Source of the DNA: Ramazzottius varieornatus
Taxonomy: Eukaryota; Animalia; Tardigrada
Assembly (NCBI GenBank): GCA_001949185.1
Contig: BDGG01000003.1
Span: 3,083,158-3,147,157, forward strand
Length of the DNA stretch: 64,000 nucleotides
Direction: 5' to 3'
The notes beneath the pieces were generated by a model that worked only from the letters and a program-made list of their open reading frames with translations, was not told the DNA's origin and did not search any database. The translations under genes and the position numbers were made by a program. Positions 43,558 to 56,441 of the stretch are shown here, in pieces; within the stretch, counting starts at the first letter, position 1; each line of letters opens with the position of its first letter.

Positions 43558-46500
43558 GGTTTGAATCGTGGCCGACAATACAGCATAACGTAGTTCGTTT
43601 TTCCAAGAATGAACTCTTTGGTTTGTTGCTAATCCTTTAGGTCTAACACAGATGAGTCTTTCTTATCGATTAAATGCTTCGTCGACTGCCGAGTTTTTTC
43701 TCTTTATCATTAGTGTCAATATTTATGCTCAACCTAGTTAGCCTCCAGAAGCGAGTCGGGTCTCCAGAAGTATTGGAACGCAGTTGCGATAACGATATGG
43801 GCAAATTAATATTCTCCAGCACAAAGATTGTTGAGACATGTTGGCTGCGGTGAAAGTGGCCTCGTTTTGCACATGCTTGACTTTGACGATACATGATTAT
43901 GTTGAGAACTCGAGGTTGGCCACTTGCCGGTTGGAATGCACTGCTTTCGGTTATTTTGACCACCGGGTATCCCCGGCCTGTCTTATTAGGTATGCGTCTT
44001 CTGTTTGTCAAAATGGCCCGTTCATTCATCATAGCTGCTGTAATGGCCGAAATATAGCTCCTCTTTGCTTTGAAATCTCTGTAAAATATGCCAAGCATTT
44101 CTTTGCGATAATGATCAGCTGGATACTGGCAAGCTTGACCGCACAAGTGAGCCACCGACTGCGGAGAAGCATTTTGCCGTCTTGGGTTTCCCCTCCACTT
44201 TATCGTTTGAACCCTATTTGGAGCAAGGATGGATATTCTGGGCAAATCACACAAAAAACTGTGACGGGCTCTCCACTTGAAGCTTATTCGATCGCCACAT
44301 GCATTGGCAGATACTACCGCCACTGCTCTGTGCTACTGTTCACCAAAGATCAATGAAGTTAATATCCATCACGGCTCTAAGCCTTAGTTTAGCTTTAGGT
44401 CACTTGTCAATTAGTTTTGCTTGCGGAGAAGTTTACCGGATCTTTTGCACTGTCACTAATTCATTTTCTGTAATTTATGGATCGATACATCGCCGGATGT
44501 ACAGAGTACGGTACCTGGTCTTTCGTTGTCAGCTCGACTATCTCGAGCGAACTCTGAAAAGCGATAGTATACCCTCGATTCTAGAACTGGCTCACAACAC
44601 TATAGTAGTTATTCTTTCGCGAAAAGAACTCTTCTATCCTTTTGCGAACAGAATTTTTGAAGGGCTTGCAAATAGGTACACGTGTAAACGGAGTATAGCC
44701 ATTATCAGCCATGTTGTCCATACAGTTATCAAACAGTGGCGTTTTTGGTCACATTCCTCATAGCCACTTTCGGGTCTAAGCACGTGGCGCCACCAGCTCT
44801 TCGAACACCTTGTTGCTTTTCGGACTTTTCCTAATAGTTCTGTTGGTTGTGAGGATGGCGCGACATTCTGTTTAGATTACGTTGACCACAAGGGCGTAGC
44901 GGCAGGACTTTTTCAGCCTAAACAGAACCTTACAGAGCCCTGGTTGGAATGGTCAAATGGACGATGGCGTCGGCTAGAAAGGCTTGTCGGTACTTTCCAG
45001 CTGCTTTGCGTCGTAAATATTTTGATTCAGGCGCTAAATGAAAACCGAATGGAAAGCGAAAAGAAAATCTGGATTCATTCAAACCAATCTGTCGCAGACG
45101 GTATTCGATCTCAGTGCACATGGTTGGACCGAACTGACCGCTGGCCAGTGACGCTGAAGAGAGGCGAAGAGCTCTTTTGAATAGTCTACTATGTATTTCT
45201 TTTGTCAATATTTTTCGTATGCTGCAATACATTGACAACGAAGTATCACGTGCCATGTTACCTGCTAGTTAACGATAGTCCGGTGGCTGATGTTACTTAT
45301 AATTACATATTCCAACAAGGCCGACGTGCTCTAGTTCCGCTTATGGTCACTGAGCTGCTATACAAATTACCAGACCACCCACCAGATCAGAGTGCCGTAC
45401 AGTCGTAACGCCTGCACGGCATTTGTGTTCATTTCAGTCTCTCTTTTGTCTAGACTCTCCACGAAGCCTTTGGCTGTTGACCAATGTGCACGAACTTCAA
45501 AGAGATAATTGGACAGAAAGGCATACAGGTAGCTGGACAGTTCGATTGAACCACTTCAGCTTTTGCCGGCTTTTCGGTTCAGTATTCTAAATCATTGTTT
45601 CAATAAGTTTTCTGAGCCAGAAAGCCAATGTAACAAGGCAAGATGGTGGGGTGGTGGAGTTCTATTGGTGGCTTGCGCACTCGTACATCGATTTGGACCG
45701 GCCGGAAGTTGGTGTTGATTGCAAAACCGTGTTGCGCTCATGCATACGCATGCATTTAAAAGCAGCGATAAAATTCCTTTGATGCAGGTCGGCTACTGGT
45801 AAGGCCACTTGGAATGCCAGAAGGAAATGACTTTCACGCATTTTGTACCCTAAAATTAACAGCTTTAGATGCTGAGGTCTGTAATACGCATCATTGCCAC
45901 GGCTGATGGTCAGTTGTAGGTCGTAATTGACCATAGCTGCCATTGTTCGGACTTCATAAAGCGTGCGCGGGAGACCGAACAGCTCCAGCTCGTCGCTTCC
46001 TGATAACACAGCGCGAGGTTATCGTCAGCATGCATGGACAATTCACAAAAATGTCCAATTTAAAAGCTCTTGTCGCGATACTGGTTGTGTAAACGCAACC
46101 CGGAAGAATGGCTGTCCAGACTAGAGTAATACTCCACTCAAACGCTTCTCGATTCATGGGTTTCCACCGTCTATGTAAAACAGTTGATAACTTGAAAAGT
46201 CTGTTTGAAAGATCACGAGATTCTGGTCATATTCAATCTCCTAATTTTTTAGTTGTGACTTCGTGAGATTAACGGTGACAAGTCAAAGCCTTGGAACGTG
46301 GTTTTAATGCAATAGACGGCGGACTGATGTTGATGAAAGCAGGATCTAAAATTTAGCGGTGCGTTTTGGAAAGGCGGTTTTTGGCGTTGCAGTTTCCTTT
46401 AGTTCTAATTTGATATTTTGATAAATCGACACGATCGTTATCGTGAAAATAATAAATTGATGGTGAAGGTGTTGTTGGCTGGCGGTTAGCGGGGATGAAT

Positions 46501-47044
46501 GCAACACCGGTGGCGGTTACCGTCGAGTTTCCCACGCCCCTTTCATAGTAGCCTTACCAATAATGTTCAATGTTGGGCGGGGTGCGTGGCGGTAACGGTA
46601 AAGCCAGTACGACAACTACGATTGTACCGGTTCCATATTGCAAGTACGAGTATGGTGCTGCTCGAGTCTATCTCGTTCTTGCTGAGCCTGACACGAGGAA
46701 ATGGCGTTTATCTTTTCGAGATTGTGCCTGCTGTGCTCTTCGCTTGAAATATCGAGAACAAAGCTCAGCTGGAAGGGTGTAAATTTTGCAACATCGGATG
46801 TTCCGCGCGTTTTGCTCTACTCGTGCAGCTGATGAAAAAACTGATCTCGGTGGGGTCTCTACAGTACACGTTGTGGTTCAACGCTTTAGGTGATAAAAGA
46901 AATCGCTTTCTGTAATGACCAGATGAATTACTGCCAAAGAATTCGACGTTTATCGAGTGTGTGATGGTCTGCGCCGCCGTTTTGGATTTTAGCTCGGACT
47001 ATTTCTGTTATACCGACTTTGCTCCGTCGTCGTTGAACTCTATT

Positions 47045-50000
47045 ATGCCACCACAGGTAAGAAAGTCTTGGTAGACATAACGCTGGCTGTCGCTCGGATA
47101 TATGCCATGACTGCAGAGAAACCCAGGAAGGCTATGAAGGAAAGCTATCTGTATCTCAAGTACCTACGTACTGACGGACCACGCTTCTTGTACGGGATTC
47201 ATGTACGTAGGTCCGTGAAATTTGGCTAGTCCCTCGATGTGAGGTACCTGACAGTGTTGGTTTCTGCCACCGGAAGCATATCATTAATTTTTGACCTCCT
47301 TTTGAACAAGAGACATTTTAACGTGACGCAGGTTCCTCAGTGATTTCTGAAAGTAAGATGCGGCATTTAGTGATTACGTTACGGTCGAGACATGAAATTT
47401 TTATCAGAGTCGTTATAGTCTTAGTCTACCACTCCGTAAATCAGGAATGTTTCATGTGATGGACGAACAAACAGTATCACAAAGCAGGCTTGGTCTGTAT
47501 GGTACCTTCAGATAAAGCAAGTGGACATTGCAGCCAGCAATTTTTAAACTTTAAAGTCCATGGTTCTGGTGCAATGTAAACAGCATGACTATGGTTCACT
47601 TCCGATTGACGAATGTGTCACACACCTGCAGGTGTGTGTGAGCGATTTCCTATCGTTCTAATCGTCCTCATCAGATAAGAACATATCGAAATTTGTGCAG
47701 GTGCTTTGAAATTCCTCGTTGGTGAAGCTCTGAATATGTGAGGTGCTCTGAAAATTTGTTCATTGAATTTCCTGTCAATTTTCTACCGGATACAATTTCA
47801 GCAAGAACGTTTCGGAAAAATGGGCGTGTTCCGTGAGAATCACAAACAGTAAGAGTTTAGAGTAAGTTTGAAATTTTACACTCGATCGATGAACTCACCG
47901 TTTTTCGACATATCTTAAGTTTCAGCTCATGAAGAAATATTCTATGCGAGAATGGGCGTGGTCGTAGAGTGAACGGTGGGAAAGTACGGCACTTGTTGCC
48001 TAATCTCGTCTTTCAGCGCTGTGAGCGGAAGGGAACACGAGTTGATGAATGTTTGTTCTGGTCTCTTTAATTACATTATTCGTGTGGTGTTAATTTGAGC
48101 AGTGAGATGCTGTGCATTCCTTCTTGGTTATTGAGAGAGTCGGTGGAGTGCGTGAAGTGACCAGAGCCTATTTGTGGCTCCATTTCCTTTGTCTTAATGT
48201 TGCCAGAGTTTTCTTTTTGGTTGCCGCTTTCCTCAGCTGCTTCTTTTGTGGCGGAAGGGAGAGATAATCGTTTAAGTGTCTTGGTTGGCGCATTGCATGA
48301 TGGGAACCACCAGAGGATTAATCTGTTATTCATACGTCTTTGACAGAGGGACGGACGGGAGAAGAATGCCAGTCAAAGTAGCTGTTGACAACGTTTAGAC
48401 AAAATGGCAGTAAAAGAAACAGAATCCTTTTCTGCCAGCCAGACACCGACACTCCTAAGCTGACGTGTAAGACGACAATTGTACCCCCTTATCTAACCAA
48501 TCTCTTACTTGGTCTTTTCACAGGCTGCCATGCTGGCCCGAGCCATCTTCGACAATGTGGCCGAAGAGTCGCGAGAACTGCCATTCCGGAAAGGCGAAAT
48601 GCTACAGGTTGTCACTCAGAATCCCAATGGACTAAACGGATGGTGGCTGTGCCGACTCAAAGGACAGGAAGGCCTGGCTCCCGCTAATCGACTACAGTTG
48701 CTGAATATGGACACGGTAAGTTGGGTTATTATTTTGAATCGAAAACTGGTTTTTATTTGAGATGCAAAGACCTTGGAGAGCTCTAGATGACAAGCCGTGC
48801 TCGCCCAAGTGAATACTCGGCTTCAAACTGGATTTTGACTCAAAAGTGTGAATTAGACTTGTACAAAAACAGTAATATCCACTTGAACTTGTCTGACCGA
48901 TTTCCACCGGAAGAACAGCCGATCGTCGGCGATCGAATTTTCAGCAATGTTTATTTTTCTTCCGTGGTGAGGTTCCCATCGATTACCGAAAGCATGCTTC
49001 TATTTAGCTCGATTTTGCACACTGAATAAAATTGTTCGAGGACTTGGAAATATTCTCAAAATCCTTCGTTACGACACCAGGTTCGGATATGTTATTAGCA
49101 CGGACCATTCCGTTCACAGTCCATGATTTCCACTGTTCTAGGAGACACGTTTTCCACAACTTTTTGATCGACTTTTAATATCGGACTTGAGCATGGTAAT
49201 TTCCAAGAAATATGTTAGGTTTCTTGACGAGCCGAACGCCTAGTTGACATTTCATTGAAAGACAAAAACCATGTCCCCAGCTAATTACTTGTCTGTTCTC
49301 ATTAGGCAACCGAAGATTATGACATTCCGAAGCCATTGCTGCCTATCCTTTCGGAAAAGACGCGCCACTCAAATGGTACATAATGACACCCTTCTCATTT
49401 TTTGACCGGCATAAGGTCTTAATCACGGATTCTTCTCATATCCTTCCCATGCGGAAGGTTACTTTGTCCATAACATTCTTCGGCAAACTTCGACCTCAAT
49501 CATACTAGTCAAGGTTTTTTTCTCTGTATATATAGCCAGCTCAGTCTACGACCCTCGTCGGCTATCCAAAGCCAGTTGGCAAGCTCCCGACAGCCCACCG
49601 CCCTCTCTTCGTTCCTACCGCTCTAGTGAATCATACAGTACCTCGTTCCTGTCACCGCCGTCTTCCGCTGGCTCTTCGTCTGGCAGCAGCCGGCTGAGCA
49701 TAGCCACTTCCGACCTGGGCTTCGGCTCATCGGACCGAAGCAGTGTCGAACCCTTTGGCGAACTCTACGATGTCATCCCTGCCAGTGTCAATTTGCGAAG
49801 GGTCGTCAACCGCTCGCCCGAATCCAAACCCTGTCAGTCCTTCACTGCCAAAGACGAAGACTACGACTACATTGACGCGGACTCTCGTGTCAGCCCTATC
49901 CAACCAAAACCAAAACAAGTGAGTCAATCCATTTATTTCGGTACTACGTACTTTCAATCGACCGATCATATGGGAGGTAGGCAGAGAAAACATTCAAAAC

Positions 50001-51662
50001 CGCCACCTCAAGTGGCGCATGCCACAATTGTTACTAGCGGAAACCGTGCGCCGCTTGTGTAAGCAATCTTGCACGTTTGGCTTGCCGGCTTCCCATATTT
50101 ATCCTCTGGATATTAATTTTGTTCTGATAATATAGCTGTGTTACTTTTTGTTTTAGTGCACAAATTCCATGACGTCAGAGGACCACTATGACCATCTTCC
50201 ACAACGTTCGGCTCTTCCGCTCAAAACCAAAGAATCCAAGAAACGAGACTCGTTCGTTCGAAGCATGCGGATCTATGACAAACTACCCAAACAGTCTCCT
50301 CGATCGATTGAACAACCAGTCAAATCTGAGACTGTACCTGTTGCTGTGATGAATGATCGCACAGTGCCTACGTCGATTAGCCAAGAGCCTACTACGGTGG
50401 ATGCCTCTCGTCAACTGCCGATCTACGAGCCACTGCAGATTACAAAACAAGCCGCTGTAACACGGATCTCATTTATGCAGAGCCAAGTGCAAACCACACT
50501 CTCGCATCTCTTTGGCTTCGTCAGCTACCAAAGATGGCGCGAGATAGCACATCTTGAGGACCGCTTGACCAACGTCAAACTCTGTTGCGAGAACCTTGTC
50601 AACCACTTGAGGGATCTCATTCGTTTCCTGCTTCAAGCCGCTCTTGCCTCGGCAAGGAGTGCTTCCGATCCCTCTTTGGAAAACAAATTGCGCTCACTTA
50701 TAGACGCCGTCTATGCTAGCTGCAAAAAAATCCGCGATCACCTGCTACTGATGAATCAGCAAAATTGGAAAGCGAACCAAGTGACCATCAAAGGTAATTA
50801 TCATCATGTAAAATTTCAGAGAAGACGCTTGGTTTTTCAATATGGTTATTATTATGGTGTCAACTCTGCATAACTCGCGCACCACATCACTAAGTATAAT
50901 GGAAAAGTGTGCAAGTTAACTATGATACGAAACTACTCATTCGCAGTTTCGAAAACAGTTCGTTTAATTGGTAGTGTTTTATTTGTAGGCATCGAAGAGA
51001 TTGTAGCGACAGGACAAATCCTGACCGAAGATGTCCGTAAGATGACCGCCTTCGTCCTCGGGAACGCACAGCTCATCTTCTCGGAAGAGAACGAAATGAA
51101 GGTCCAGATGCGCCCACTCCCCACGAGACCCGACTCGCGCAAGACCCAGCCCGAAGACCCGTCAAGTCCCCACAGTCAAGTCGACCACGACGTGGAGTAC
51201 GAGGATGTGGACTACGGCATCGTCCTGTCGACACCCCTTCAACCTCGCTCACCAACACTCGAACGAAAGATCCTCTCCTCCTACATCAAAGAAGTCAATG
51301 AAGAGGTGACGTTGATACGCCCACTCATCGGCAGTTTCCTAGACCAAATGTACTCCGAGAAGACAGTCACGTCGACTGGTACCATGGAGAAAGCGGAGAC
51401 GATTGCGACGAGGACGTCAAAGCTCTGGCGTCTGACAGAGTCCATCTCGAAGAATCTGACGTTGCAAGAGACTGTGGAGCTGAGACAGAAGATCAGGAAG
51501 ATTGGAGGGTACATCAACACTGCGTGTAAGCGTTTCAACGCGGCGGTGCGCAGCGCCACCAACCAACCGGATGAAGCTCATTTTCGGAGTGTCAAGGCCT
51601 CTCTAGATTATTTGAGTGAACTAACGCAACATTTGCGAAACTCCACTGAAACGGAAGTGTGA
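47045..51662 (+). CDS. BCAR1: Cas-family adaptor (p130Cas/BCAR1/NEDD9-like)
   Basis: Putative micro-exon MPPQ (47045-47056); SH3 LARAIFDNVAEESRELPFRKGE..GWWLC..G.AP.NRL; YDxP motifs (YDIP, YDVIP, YDHLP, YDKLP); serine-rich four-helix region; RPLPTRP; C-terminal FAT-like helices. Confidence 0.85.
49997..50069. repeat. Palindromic mini-element in Cas intron
   Basis: CTCAAGTGGCGCAT-N25-GTGCGCCGCTTGTGTAAGCAATCT. Confidence 0.75.
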
Positions 51663-52354
51663 CAGAGCTGTCGTTTTTGTGTACGGCCATTAACGAACTT
51701 TTGTGCGATAGCATCCCGCTAATTCGTGATTTCCTCGAGATTTTCTATAGTAAATTTTGATGCACCAAGTACAATAAATTGTCTCATTGGAAGTGGTTTC
51801 TGTGAATTCGGAAACAAGATTGAGGCCTGTGGAATAGCGGGAAATTCACGGAGCATTGGGTTTGTCGGTCACGAGACATTCGGAATAACCAGTGGGTACG
51901 ACAACAAATGGATAGCGTAAGATATGACGTAAGAGGCGTAGTGCTACGGTAGTAGGCTCAGGATTCGTATCGGGGTTCGTTATCTTCACGGTCAGAAAAC
52001 GGGTACGAGCAGTGGCGGCTGCGTTATTCATGCGCTGAATGTGCAATTTGCGACCCAGTACTTTTGACGTCACGAACCCAATAGCTGAGCACGTTCCTAA
52101 CACAGCTGCACTCCGTTCGTCACATCATTGTGACGACAAAATCGGTGCGCCAAAACTGCACGTCCAGCGCCTGAATAACGCAGCCGTCACTGGGAACGAG
52201 GAAGTCGACTCTTACTTCGACTTCGCTTGTTAGCTCGAATTCCACCGGATATCGTAGTGAACGTGACAGTACAATGAATAACTTGCTGCGAAACGCCGAA
52301 CGAGCCCACTGTGCCATGAGCAGCACTTGGTTGGGAATGCGAAGGAGTCCTCGG

Positions 52355-53641
52355 TCAGGAGCGTCCTTGAATGCGGAAGAGTAACTTACGAACACCATTA
52401 CGGTGGATCGTACTGTTGAACATGAGGAAAACCTGTAATATCAAGCAGGCGTGCCAGAAACTAAAAAGCAGCAAGGACAGTGCGTTGTCACATCGAACTT
52501 ACCGGATGGACCGCGTACCCCGATACGGAGACAGTGACCATCCAGTGCTGTAGCATCGGGTGTGCGAGAAACATTTCAACCGGCATTGACTTGGCTAAGA
52601 TGGGGTACGCGAAGAAAGACAGGCTATAGAAAATGGCTGAGACGAACAGCATTTTGGACATGGCCAGTTTGTGATGGTGGCTACGGCTGGCTCCATGGTT
52701 CTCGACTGTAACAGAGCGAGATGATTTCATCCTGGAGGTGATCAAAAGGACCACGTACAGCAAACCAGCTAGAGCTAACGGCACGTAGGTCTTCAGAGTC
52801 GATTGGACGAAACGATAGTCGAAGCGACCCAGCTTGAACTCACTGACCGAACACCCTCCCCACAACTGGTTGATCCCGATACCTGGAACGTTAAGTTAAT
52901 GGGGACTTGCTCAAATGGTGCAAATGATGGGAACCAGACAACTGATCGTTTTCCCAAGTGGCGCACACTTCTAGCCAATAATGATAAAATGGTACCACCC
53001 GAGATAACGGTTCAAGTCCGAATGTACGGAGAGTTCATGGCTTGAGTATTCGGAAATGGTGACAATATGTTACGGCTGTATTGGAGTTCGTGTGAATCTG
53101 TTACTGTGTTCATACCTCCGTTCACGTCGAGTTCCATTGGGATAGTGAACAATACACCCATTACCCACATGGACAAGATAAAGATAGCTGGAAATCTTCG
53201 GCGGACAAAGGTGTGGTAGTGTAGCGGATACAAAACAGCCACGAAGCGGTTGACAGCCAGGAAGAGGATGTTCCAGTACCCAGCAGTGTTGGTAAGAGAA
53301 TAGAAGAACTGGGTGAACCGGCAGGTGAAAAGGGACTGAGAATGCACTAGGACTCCGGCCATATAGATGGGAATATGGACGAGACACATGAACGTCTCGA
53401 TCATGGCCAGGTGACCGATCAAGACTCCAGAACCTGTACGAAGGTTGGCCGTGATACAGATGGCGCCGAGGAAGACCACGTTGAACATTCCACAAGCGAA
53501 TGCGAGGCCGAGTGTCAGCACGAACCATATGGTCAAGCTGGAGGAGCATTGCATCCAAAAGGCAGTCACATTGAACGCGGTGGCATTGGGTGGTACTGAC
53601 GAACCCGAAATTTTACTTGTTTGGTGAGTCGAAAAGTTCAT
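52355..53641 (-). CDS. Orphan rhodopsin-like (class A) GPCR, 3 exons
   Basis: Glycosylation-site-rich N-terminus, TM1 GMFN, LRTGSGVLIGHL, C.F..FF, LAVNRFVAVLYPLHY (DRY-like NRF), KMLFVS..YP, GYAVHP. Confidence 0.85.
52943..53013. repeat. Palindromic mini-element in class A GPCR intron
   Basis: GATCGTTTTCCCAAGTGGCGCAC-spacer-CCACCCGAGATAACGGTT. Confidence 0.75.
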
Positions 53642-54460
53642 TCTGTGATCTGGAAAATCAAACAACGTTTCGGTCGATGGACGCGAGTAAGGGATAGTAA
53701 GAAAGATGGTGTTTAGGATGTTGTAGTTACGGGGAACGCTAGCTGGACTAAAACCAGATATCCATGTACTAGTGCACGGTTCCGACATTCTGTTACTCTT
53801 TCTACATGGGCGAATAACGAAGGGCGTTTTAATCCCTGACGTCAGCGAACTTGTTGACTCTTCTTACACTGGATGGTGAGATCATATATGACGTTAATTT
53901 CTCGACTATCAGTCAAACATAACTGAGCTGGAATTTCAGACGGCGAACCCTGCATAAGTTAATCGGAAGCTGATCAAGATATCCATGGCACGCTTCTGAT
54001 GTGAATCTGGATTCATTACAAAACTTGAAGGTCCACCTTGCTGCGCAAGAAGGCAGTTCTAATAGCTGGACGGATGACATACCCGGGCACGCGCGAACGA
54101 CTTGGACACTGGACAGCTAAGCGGGATAGCGTAACCTGCCATTCCATAAAACTCAGCGGAAGCAGGAAAAAAGTCTTGTGCGTACTGCACTGTAAAATTT
54201 GAACGACGGGGAAACCTCATCTTCCAAAACCTCGATTTAGCCCATTTGCAGATTTGGCAGCATGGAGATTGCGCCAACCCATGGAGAAGGTCCCACTTTA
54301 AAGTAGGCTCTTCTCCAACATGGCGGTCCCACCATTCCGGCGTCTGCCATTCCACGTTAAGTATGAGCTTGTAAACCAGCGTGGGATTTTGCGTCCCGTA
54401 CTGGTCCACATGGTTGTAACACAGTTCACAGTTCTTAGATGGGACGAGATGGCATTCTAA

Positions 54461-54610
54461 TGTGGGATCGGTAAAAATTATGGGCCAGGCCTTTTCGCTA
54501 CGGCGGTACGGAAGCACGTACGTACACGACCGATTCGGAGTAATACACTTTTCGATACTTTTCTACGGTTTGATTTCCAGTTTGCCGTCCTTTCCGCCTG
54601 TCCCATAATT
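54461..54610. repeat. Partial (one-arm) copy of the foldback element at 62516-62810
   Basis: Shares ATGGG(C/A)CAGGCCTTTTCGCTAC.GCGGTACGG.AGCACGTAC and GCCGTCCTTTCCGCCT.TCCCA. Confidence 0.75.
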
Positions 54611-54672
54611 ATCCAACGTGCGTCTACGGGATAACGGAACACATGGCGTCACACCTTTAGGTGGCAGCACTA

Positions 54673-55405
54673 CAGGGTGATCCCTGTACGTTGGAACGAT
54701 TTTGAAAATTCGTGGTAAAGTCGCTTCTAGCTCTACATTTCCAAACTTCAACTCGTTCGATAGAGCATTTCTTCATCTTGAATTTTTGTGAAGGTCTCCC
54801 CAACATAAAATGATCGTTTGATTGTTTCGGGCCTCTGAAAACATGAATTTTACGGGTAAGAAGTGGGAACCTCAGTTAAACTATTTATATTTGACGGGCA
54901 AAACGATTACATTTCCTCATGAAAATTGTTTGATTCGGGAAATACGTTTAGACTGAATATTGGAGAACAAACCGACCGCTCGAACACGCTGCGGACGGAG
55001 AAACTGAAAATAGTTCAAAAAGTACGCGGAAAAGTTTGCTACCTCCCTGAGTTTCCAGCAATATTACCGCTCACAAATCCAACCATGTGCACGAACTCAT
55101 GAATGATACTTTTCTACTATATCTAGAAGGGTTTTCCAACAGAATAGCATCAGCGAAATTATTCTGAAACGTTTCGCACGCAAACAAACCAGCCTGAAGT
55201 GCATTGTATGTTGGTTTTGCGAAAACTTTTTGATTTCCACCTAGTTCCCGTCTTCAGCACTCCTTGACAACGACACCCCGAAAAAATTTTTACACAATGT
55301 TTTTGATAGTTACATGTATCTGGGAACGAATTTTCGAAGAAGTAGAAGCACTGCTCATTTTTCTATTCACGTCTAAAAGCGTTCCAACTTATAGGGATCA
55401 CCCTG
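54673..55405. mobile_element. Tc1/mariner-type MITE (733 bp)
   Basis: TIR CAGGGTGATCCCTGTACGTTGGAACG vs (rc) CAGGGTGATCCCTATAAGTTGGAACG; TA on both sides; non-coding interior. Confidence 0.85.
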
Positions 55406-56032
55406 TATAGCGTGGGACCATTATGGTTCGAATATGGGTCGCACTCAGTATGGGATCGCACGTTATTAAAATGTAGAAGGGAAGTGCTTGGGAATCTTAG
55501 TACGGGATGACATGTCAAACTAGGATGTAAACCAAAAAGCGTGGCTTTCGGTGCGGGATAAGCTGACACGGAATCGCCTCCCACATTACAACACAATATA
55601 ATCCACATCATAGGGTCATCCAGCCTAGAAGGTCTATCACTTCGAGGCCTGGCAACTAGCCCTAGCAACAGGAGGAATCAAGCCGGAAGTTGATCAGACT
55701 TCTACCCTATCCTCAACAAGCCTCTCAGAGACGCCACTCAGAGATGCCACCAGCAAGCTCAGGGCGTAAAGGGAACACGGAAACAGGATGCAACACGAAA
55801 AGATATTACATCCGAACAATCAACATGAGTCAATCAAGAGCAAGACCGTTAAGTACAAGCAAAAGAGAGAACTGACTTGTGTAAGCCTTGGCACGATGCC
55901 TTGCAAGCCATCCACAGCTGAGAAGCTGGGAATGCCCAGAGGCTCTCTTGCCACAAGCTTACCTGACATGACATGACTTAAAATAACACCGAGTCGCCAC
56001 AGGCACTCCGGTGACATCATCTGTCCTGTAGG

Positions 56033-56079
56033 TAACGAAAAAGTGGAACCGAACGAAAAAGTGGAACCGAACGAAAAAG
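56033..56079. repeat. 18-bp tandem repeat, about 2.5 copies
   Basis: AACGAAAAAGTGGAACCG x2 plus partial. Confidence 0.85.
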
Positions 56080-56441
56080 CCGATACAGCGTTCGTTACAC
56101 GATTGTCCCTTTTGTGTTTCAGCCAGTGATCAAAGTATGAAGATGTTGACGAGGAAAACAAGAAGGCTATTTACTCATCCCGGAGTGGAAGTCTCTTCCA
56201 GGTTGGCAATGATGCGGAGGATCGATTCGTGAGTACTCACCCCCTTAGTCTGTTCTACCTGTGATCATTCACACAAATGATGGCTCTTTGTGAAGTCCAG
56301 CGTGGAAACGAAGCCTAGCGTCGCATTTGTCGCTATAACCTAAAAAAGCTCGATTAGAGGCTGCCAATTGCCCGTAAAAATCGTGCTTACGGGATCGTGT
56401 TTGGTTTGAAATGCTGTGTAACCTTTAGGGACGTATCTGGA

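Noticed and set aside
54059-54517. 152-aa Cys/Trp-rich minus-strand ORF
   Set aside because: Starts at a non-ATG codon inside a repeat copy; no recognisable domain or splice support.
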